64,000 nucleotides of DNA, taken from positions 1,889-65,888 of the forward strand of contig JAZLCK010000004.1 of NCBI GenBank assembly GCA_045614165.1. Direction: 5' to 3'. Shown here piece after piece: positions 58,458 to 64,000 of the stretch; position 1 is the first letter of the stretch; each line of letters opens with the position of its first letter. The notes beneath the pieces are model-generated. The model saw nothing but the letters and a program-made list of their open reading frames with translations. It made no database searches and had not been told where the DNA came from. Made by a program: the position numbers and the translations under genes. The DNA comes from Christensenellaceae bacterium. GTDB lineage: Bacteria > Bacillota > Clostridia > Christensenellales > Borkfalkiaceae.

Positions 58458-59219
58458 ATGTTAGTTGTTGTTTTAACTGCGCTTGGCGTTGGGCTTGCCA
58501 CCGTTATAGGCGCGCTAATCGGGTTTTTAATTAAAAAAGAATCGCACAAACTAAACGATGCGCTTTTGGCGTTTGCTGGTGGCGTTATGCTATCCGCGGC
58601 GATTGTAAGTTTGATTATTCCATCTTTCAACCCTGACGATAAATTAAGTATTTTGATAACGGCACTTGGCGTTTTTTGTGGAGCGTTTTTTATAAGCCTT
58701 ATCGATAAGATTGTCCCCCACTTACATAAACTTTCGGGTGTAGAACTAGAAAATGGAAACGTTGAAAAGACTTCTCACCTAAATAAAATTTTATTGTTCG
58801 TTATTGCGATTGCTATACATAATCTTCCAGAAGGGCTTGCTGCAGGCGTTAGTTTCGGAACAGGCAATATTGCCCAAGGCGCAGTCGTTGCAGGTGGCAT
58901 TGCACTACAAAATATCCCCGAAGGTATGATTATTATTACACCTATGCTATCTAGTGGAATTTCTAAAAAGAGAACTTTCTTTATAGCAATGATAACGGGT
59001 ATTATAGAAGTTGTTGGCACGTTTATAGGTTATTTTGCCGTTGGTATTTCTAAGGTAATCCTACCGTTTATGCTTGCCTTTGCTGGTGGAACGATGCTAT
59101 ACGTTATTTCAGACGAAGTGATACCAGAAACTCACACGCACGGGCACGAAAGACTTGCAACTTACTGCTTGTTATTAGGCTTTATAGTTATGCTTGTGTT
59201 TGACTTTTTTGTTGGTTAA
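58458..59219 (+). CDS. zupT: ZIP family divalent metal transporter (ZupT-like)
   Basis: 253 aa, about 8 TM. HNLPEGLA and QNIPEGM motifs. Confidence 0.85.
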   Translation: MLVVVLTALGVGLATVIGALIGFLIKKESHKLNDALLAFAGGVMLSAAIVSLIIPSFNPDDKLSILITALGVFCGAFFISLIDKIVPHLHKLSGVELENGNVEKTSHLNKILLFVIAIAIHNLPEGLAAGVSFGTGNIAQGAVVAGGIALQNIPEGMIIITPMLSSGISKKRTFFIAMITGIIEVVGTFIGYFAVGISKVILPFMLAFAGGTMLYVISDEVIPETHTHGHERLATYCLLLGFIVMLVFDFFVG

Positions 59220-59265
59220 AATTTAGCCGTTTGGCTGTAATATAAAAATTAAAGGAGAGAAAATT

Positions 59266-59424
59266 ATGAAATATATTTGTGACGTTTGTGGCTACACTTA
59301 CGACGAAGCAGTTGGCGATGCAGAATTTGGCATTGCTCCAAACACTACTTGGCAAGACCTTGGTGATGATTTCGTTTGCCCACTTTGTGGCGTTTCTAAG
59401 GACCAATTTACCGAAGAAGCGTAA
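59266..59424 (+). CDS. rubredoxin
   Basis: Below the ORF-track cutoff. Hand translation gives [52 protein letters not shown] (CxxCG...CPxCG). SD AAAGGAGAG lies 7 nt upstream. Confidence 0.92.
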   Translation: MKYICDVCGYTYDEAVGDAEFGIAPNTTWQDLGDDFVCPLCGVSKDQFTEEA

Positions 59425-59439
59425 GACTTAAAAACAAAA

Positions 59440-59482
59440 GAAAAACACGATTGCAGTTTTTGCAATCGTGTTTTTCTTTTTT
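59440..59482. terminator. bidirectional hairpin terminator
   Basis: ACACGATTGCA-loop-TGCAATCGTGT (11 bp), flanked by A-run and T-run. Lies between convergent genes. Confidence 0.8.
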
Positions 59483-59491
59483 ATTAGATTT

Positions 59492-60511
59492 TTATGCTTT
59501 TATATTTTTTAATACCTTTTCTAAGGTTAGTTCTTTTATGCCACAATCTAGTAAAAACAATTTAATATTTTCGTTAAAGGTTTGGGCTTTATAGGTATTT
59601 TTCAAGGCGGATATAAATTCAACGAAATACCAGTCCGTTCTGCGTCTAAAACCCGTTGTTTCGGTTATTATCACGCCATACATTTTATCTAAAACTGCCC
59701 CGTACGTAGATAGAGAAGTAAGTTCGAAATCGGTAAAAATTTGGTCTTCGGTTTCGCCCGCAAGCGCCCTTAAATATATGGCTAACATACCCGTTCGGTC
59801 TGCCCCGCCCTTACAATGAAAATATACGGGATAGTTGTTTTCGTTTTCTAAAAACTCAAAAATGTCTTTAAGGTTTTGCTTTCTCTTTTCTTCGAAAACT
59901 TCCATATACGGGCGGTATGGTAGTCTTGCACGCCTTACGCTAGGACAAACCCTAGACCACGCGTGATTTTTATTAACTTCTTCACGCATAGAAATTTCAC
60001 TTTTAACGTTAAGCGTTTTTGCAAAAATGCTTGCACCCTTTTTTGTTAACTTAAATTCTTCTTCTATCTCACTTCCGCGAAAAATAACGCCTTGTCTTAT
60101 ACCTTTTCCACCAAGGTCGCGAACGTTAATTGCACCGTTTATTTTTATAAATCTATACCCTAAATCATTGGTTTTAAAAGAATAAATTTCGCTGTTATTA
60201 ACGCGCCAATAATATTGCGTTCCAATTTTTAAGTTGCCCACTCTTGCACAATTTTTTGCCGTGCTAATCTTGATAAAATTAGCAAAATCTAGTGTTTCAC
60301 TTATTTTTAGGGTGAACTTTTTAGAGCCGTTATCTTGCCAACAAAACGTTGTGTATTTAGGAAAAGAGCGCTCTTTATCACACTTTGTTTTAGCCAAAAA
60401 ATCAAGCGCACAATTTGTGCCTTGTTCTCTTATAAGCCTTAAAAATTCGCGCTGAATTTTAGTGTAAACGTTTACAACTGAATTGTTTTTTGGTGATAAT
60501 AATTTTATCAT
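59492..60511 (-). CDS. tyrosine-protein phosphatase family protein (Y_phosphatase3-like) with N-terminal beta-sandwich-like domain
   Basis: 339 aa. CX5R P-loop HCKGGADRTG. No signal peptide. Confidence 0.7.
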   Translation of the reverse strand: MIKLLSPKNNSVVNVYTKIQREFLRLIREQGTNCALDFLAKTKCDKERSFPKYTTFCWQDNGSKKFTLKISETLDFANFIKISTAKNCARVGNLKIGTQYYWRVNNSEIYSFKTNDLGYRFIKINGAINVRDLGGKGIRQGVIFRGSEIEEEFKLTKKGASIFAKTLNVKSEISMREEVNKNHAWSRVCPSVRRARLPYRPYMEVFEEKRKQNLKDIFEFLENENNYPVYFHCKGGADRTGMLAIYLRALAGETEDQIFTDFELTSLSTYGAVLDKMYGVIITETTGFRRRTDWYFVEFISALKNTYKAQTFNENIKLFLLDCGIKELTLEKVLKNIKA

Positions 60512-60649
60512 TTTGCTCCCCGCCTATATGTCAATTATATATTATTACGGCTAATATTTCAATAGATTTTTAAGACATTAATTTAATATTTTGTCTTAAT
60601 ATTTTATGTTTTTACGATTTTATTAAACATATTATACTTACGAAATAAA

Positions 60650-60678
60650 ACAAAAAAGGACAACTTTTCGTTATCCTT
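60650..60678 (-). terminator. intrinsic terminator after tRNA-Pro
   Basis: Minus strand reads AAGGAUAAC-loop-GUUGUCCUU followed by U6. Confidence 0.65.
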
Positions 60679-60687
60679 TCTTATTTT

Positions 60688-60763
60688 TGGTCGAGGTGAC
60701 AAGATTTGAACTTGCGACCTTATGGTCCCGAACCATACGCGCTACCAACTGCGCTACACCTCG
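60688..60763 (-). tRNA. tRNA-Pro (anticodon CGG), CCA encoded
   Basis: The reverse complement CGAGGTGTAGCGCAGTTGGTAGCGCGTATGGTTCGGGACCATAAGGTCGCAAGTTCAAATCTTGTCACCTCGACCA folds as a cloverleaf. Acceptor is CGAGGTG/CACCTCG. Anticodon stem is TATGG/CCATA with loop TT-CGG-GA. T-loop is GTTCAAATC. Confidence 0.9.
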
Positions 60764-60861
60764 TAATCGGCAAAATGCCGTTAATTATTTAATTTTATCT
60801 CGTAGAATTTACTACACAGGTAGCACCCAAGGCGCTACACCTAAAAAAGACATCATCACAA

Positions 60862-60891
60862 ACAATACAAAGAACGGCAAAAAGCCGTTCT
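60862..60891 (-). terminator. hairpin terminator after SGNH hydrolase gene
   Basis: AGAACGGC-AAAAA-GCCGTTCT (8 bp) with T-rich flanks. Confidence 0.6.
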
Positions 60892-60917
60892 TTATTGTTT
60901 TGTTTTAATTTTAGGAT

Positions 60918-62009
60918 TTACTTAAAAATTTCATCTATTTCGACTAGTTTTTTATAAATACCTTTTGCCATTTTGTAAAAGCCAAGGTCGTTAGGGTGAA
61001 CGCCATCTACCGTGCAAGATTCTCTATCTTGTTTATTAAAGAACGTTCTACCATCGATAAAATAAACGTTTTTATCACCCATTGCAACGGCTTTATCGTA
61101 CGTTTCTTTTATAACTGCAAATGCAGTTCTTGCCCATTTTATCGCCGCTTTGTTGGTTGGAGTATAATAGTCTGGTCTAGTCACGATAACAAATGGTGTG
61201 GTTGGGTGATATTTCCTATAAGTTTCGTAAACCTTAAAGTGCCTTTCAATAAGTTCAGGCGTATCAGAATTATGGTCGTAGTCGCAAACGAAAACGCTAC
61301 AATCAGTTTTTGCCATATATTCGATAACTGCTTGCTCGCCTTTTGCAGCGCCACTAAAACCATAGTTAATAAAGTCTATATTGTTCCATTTTTCAATGAA
61401 CGCTTGATAACTATTGTCAGGTCTACTAGCGCAACCCCCTTGGGTTATAGATGAACCATAGTAAAGGATAGGTTTAACGTTTTTATAAGGAAGACCGTGT
61501 TTTACGGTTGCTTTTTCGGTTAGTTCGATTTCAAGAGAAAGCACTTCGTTATAAAGTGGCATATAGAGTTCGTAATAAGTCATTTTTCTTGGGCGTTTAA
61601 CGCTCTTAAAAAAGCCTTTTTCTTCGTGTGGGTCTGGTCTAAAACCTGCGATAAGTTTTTTGCCTTTTTTGGTTTCTTCAAAAAGGTAAAAACCTGCCTC
61701 ACCCGTAAGTGGCATATGGCACATACTCCATCTATCGTTCCACTTAGCGTTGATGCCTATAAACGATGAATCAGTTGCGAAACGAATTCTACCACCAGAA
61801 GTATGCTTATATAAAATTTGCATAGCAGGGTTTGCATTTTTACAAACCGAAAGTGGTATTCTTTCAAATCTGCCTTCTTCGTTATTATAATAAACGCCGT
61901 ATAAATCGAACGGATTTGATGGAATAGTATAAACTTTATGCCTACCCTTTTTTACTGCGTTATCAAATGCAAAATTCTTATCTAAATTTTTAATATCCAT
62001 TTTCGCCAC
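60918..62009 (-). CDS. SGNH/GDSL hydrolase family protein (esterase) with N-terminal beta-sandwich domain
   Basis: 363 aa. Block I YYGSSITQGG, and a C-terminal DGVHPND (catalytic Asp/His block). No signal peptide. Confidence 0.75.
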   Translation of the reverse strand: MAKMDIKNLDKNFAFDNAVKKGRHKVYTIPSNPFDLYGVYYNNEEGRFERIPLSVCKNANPAMQILYKHTSGGRIRFATDSSFIGINAKWNDRWSMCHMPLTGEAGFYLFEETKKGKKLIAGFRPDPHEEKGFFKSVKRPRKMTYYELYMPLYNEVLSLEIELTEKATVKHGLPYKNVKPILYYGSSITQGGCASRPDNSYQAFIEKWNNIDFINYGFSGAAKGEQAVIEYMAKTDCSVFVCDYDHNSDTPELIERHFKVYETYRKYHPTTPFVIVTRPDYYTPTNKAAIKWARTAFAVIKETYDKAVAMGDKNVYFIDGRTFFNKQDRESCTVDGVHPNDLGFYKMAKGIYKKLVEIDEIFK

Positions 62010-62023
62010 CCTAATTTCTTTTG

Positions 62024-63205
62024 TTAAATTCTATTTAAACCACTCTTAATTGCTGCTTCTTTAACTGCTTTTGCAACGGTTTCTGCAACCCTTTTATCAA
62101 ATGGTGCAGGAATAATGTAGTCGGCTTTAAGTTCTTCTTCACTAACTAATGATGCGATTGCTTTTGCTGCTGCAATCTTCATATCTTCGTTAATATCGGT
62201 TGCTCTACAATCTAACGCGCCACGGAAAATACCAGGGAACGCTAAAACGTTGTTGATTTGGTTAGGGAAGTCGCTTCTGCCCGTTCCAACAACTGCTGCG
62301 CCTGCTTTAATAGCAAGGTCTGGCATAATTTCTGGAATTGGGTTTGCCATAGGCATTACGATTGCGCCCTTGTTCATTGTTTTAACCATTTCTTCGGTAA
62401 GAACGCCCGGTGATGATACGCCAACGAAAATATCAGCGCCAACAAGTGCTTCTTTAAGAGAACCTTTTTTGCCAAGTTTATTACTAAATTCAGCAATTTC
62501 TTCTTTAGAAGCATTCATACCTTCCGTTCTGCCTTTATAAATAATGCCGTGTCTGTCGCACATCACAACGTCTTTTGCGCCCATTGCAATCATAAGTTTT
62601 GCTATCGCTACGCCTGCGGCACCTGCACCACTAAATACTATGCTAACGTCTTCCCAATTCTTTTTAACAAGTTTAAGAGCGTTAATACAAGCAGCAACAC
62701 AAACAACTGCCGTGCCGTGTTGGTCGTCGTGGAAGATAGGAATATCTACTTCTGGGTCTTCTTTTAATCTTTTTTCGATTTCAAAACATCTTGGAGCAGA
62801 GATATCTTCTAGGTTTACGCCACCGAAAGAGCCTGCTAAAAGTTTGATGGTTTGCACGATTTCATCAACGTTTTTACTTCTAACGCATAGTGGAATAGCA
62901 TCTACCCCACCAAACGATTTGAATAAAACACATTTGCCTTCCATAACAGGCATACCTGCTTCTGGGCCGATGTCACCAAGACCTAAAACAGCCGTACCAT
63001 CGGTTATAACGGCAACGATATTGCCCCTTGCGGTTAATTCGAAGGATTTATTGTAATCTTTTTGAATTTCTAAACACGGGGTTGCAACACCTGGGGTGTA
63101 TGCTAGTGATAAGTCTTCTTTGTTTTCTACTTTTACCTTAGAAATTACTTCTATTTTGCCACGTTTCTCGGCGTGGAGTTTAAGAGATTCTTTTGCGTAG
63201 TCCAT
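62024..63205 (-). CDS. NAD(P)-dependent malic enzyme (short form)
   Basis: 393 aa. LSLAYTPGVA, FHDDQHGTAVV, FSGAGAAGVA. No PTA domain. Confidence 0.92.
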   Translation of the reverse strand: MDYAKESLKLHAEKRGKIEVISKVKVENKEDLSLAYTPGVATPCLEIQKDYNKSFELTARGNIVAVITDGTAVLGLGDIGPEAGMPVMEGKCVLFKSFGGVDAIPLCVRSKNVDEIVQTIKLLAGSFGGVNLEDISAPRCFEIEKRLKEDPEVDIPIFHDDQHGTAVVCVAACINALKLVKKNWEDVSIVFSGAGAAGVAIAKLMIAMGAKDVVMCDRHGIIYKGRTEGMNASKEEIAEFSNKLGKKGSLKEALVGADIFVGVSSPGVLTEEMVKTMNKGAIVMPMANPIPEIMPDLAIKAGAAVVGTGRSDFPNQINNVLAFPGIFRGALDCRATDINEDMKIAAAKAIASLVSEEELKADYIIPAPFDKRVAETVAKAVKEAAIKSGLNRI

Positions 63206-63263
63206 TTTTATTTACTCCATTTATATAAATTATTTTTTACCCTATTTTATGTTTAGCACTAGT

Positions 63264-64000
63264 TTACGCGTTAAAAAACGCTTTATAAATACTGCGAATA
63301 CATTTTTCGTAGTCAGAATTTGCAACGCCCACGATAATGTTAAGTTCGCTTGAACCTTGGTCTATCATTTGGATGTTTATGCCTTCTTTTGCAAGTGCGC
63401 CAAACAAGGTAGCAGCAGTACCCGGTCTTCTTGCCATATTATGACCAACGGTTGCAATAAGTGAAATATTTTCGATAACGTGAACGTAGTCTGGGCTAAC
63501 GCTTTCACGAATTTCGTTTACTATATCCGATAGCATACCATCTTTAAGTTGTTCAGATGCGATTACAAGTGACAACGTGTCAACGCCTGATGGAACTTGC
63601 TCGACGCATAGTCTATGGTTTTCGATAACCGATAGTACACGGCGAATAAAGCCAACTTCTGAGTTCATCATAGACTTTTCGATAAAGATTACGGTAAAGT
63701 CTTTTTTGCCTGCTATACCCGTGATTACGGCGTTTTTATCCTTAATTAGCATTTCGTTTGGAACAATCATCGTTCCTTTATCTTCGGGCTTAAAGGTGTT
63801 TTTAATATTGATTGGAATTTTCTCTTTCATTACAGGGAAAATTGCTTCTGAGTGTAAAACTGATGCGCCCATATAAGATAATTCGCGAAGTTCTTTATAC
63901 GATAATGCTTCGATGGTTTGCGCTTCTGGAACAATCCTTGGGTCGCAAATTAAAAAGCCACTAACGTCCGTCCAGTTTTCGTATAGGTCGGCTTTAACGC
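63264..64000 (-). CDS. aspartate kinase, partial (N-terminus beyond window end)
   Basis: The track ORF (63264-63872) starts at an internal Met. The frame stays open to 64000 and reads ...WTDVSGFLICDPRIVPEAQTIEALSYKELRELSYMGASVLH, followed by two ACT domains. Confidence 0.9.
   Translation of the reverse strand, partial: VKADLYENWTDVSGFLICDPRIVPEAQTIEALSYKELRELSYMGASVLHSEAIFPVMKEKIPINIKNTFKPEDKGTMIVPNEMLIKDKNAVITGIAGKKDFTVIFIEKSMMNSEVGFIRRVLSVIENHRLCVEQVPSGVDTLSLVIASEQLKDGMLSDIVNEIRESVSPDYVHVIENISLIATVGHNMARRPGTAATLFGALAKEGINIQMIDQGSSELNIIVGVANSDYEKCIRSIYKAFFNA

Noticed and set aside
59188-59406. A 72-aa minus-strand ORF.
   Set aside because: It is antisense to the hand-found rubredoxin gene, which has canonical CxxCG/CPxCG motifs and a strong SD.
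60687-60908. A 73-aa plus-strand ORF.
   Set aside because: Its 5' part is the complement of tRNA-Pro(CGG), and the rest spans a terminator and intergenic DNA. It is not coding.
47654-60917. A tRNA-Pro-associated genomic island covering the beta-helix cluster to the phosphatase.
   Set aside because: The stretch has no integrase, no direct repeat of the tRNA 3' end and no obvious compositional shift by eye. Core genes (guaB) are interspersed.
62250-63056. Plus-strand ORFs of 96, 170 and 72 aa.
   Set aside because: They are antisense or shadow ORFs inside the clearly recognisable malic enzyme gene.
1-64000. CRISPR arrays, IS elements or transposases, prophage genes, and alternative genetic codes (UGA reassignment).
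   Set aside because: I found no regularly spaced repeats and no transposase, integrase or phage-like ORFs. All conserved genes translate at full length with the standard code and end at the expected lengths.

Overview
This window looks like a low-GC Bacillota (Firmicutes)-type chromosome segment under the standard genetic code, and almost all genes are on the minus strand. Most of it is core housekeeping. It carries a complete contiguous S10-spc-alpha ribosomal protein cluster (rpsJ to rplQ, 14.1-29.7 kb, including secY-adk-map-infA-rpmJ). It also carries tig-clpP-clpX, rqcH, the rpmB / asp23-yloV-recG neighbourhood, murG, guaB, tyrS, malic enzyme and a partial aspartokinase. I found no CRISPR array, transposase, integrase, prophage or recognisable defence genes. 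Three genes are missing from the ORF track: a partial yigZ-family gene (1-540), rpmJ (17273-17389) and a rubredoxin (59266-59424). A tRNA-Pro(CGG) (60688-60763) and a 55-aa acidic ORF with its own near-consensus promoter are also missing from the track. The least ordinary locus is a four-gene minus-strand operon (47.6-55.4 kb). It encodes three tandem, diverged paralogues of a ~640-aa cytoplasmic right-handed beta-helix protein, followed by a GHL6-like TIM-barrel protein, and I cannot assign the beta-helix proteins to a characterised family. Other points worth checking are listed below.
- A promoter, structured leader and intrinsic terminator lie upstream of rpsJ and form a candidate attenuator.
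- A divergent MreB-like gene with degenerate nucleotide-binding motifs is linked to minD and an atypical minE, with no minC in the window.
- A TauE/SafE family gene is split into two half-size genes.
- Two large surface proteins have both an N-terminal signal and a C-terminal TM anchor.
- An fprA-ZIP-rubredoxin operon is present.
I see no compelling evidence for a wholly novel multi-gene system. The beta-helix array and the S10 leader are the best candidates.
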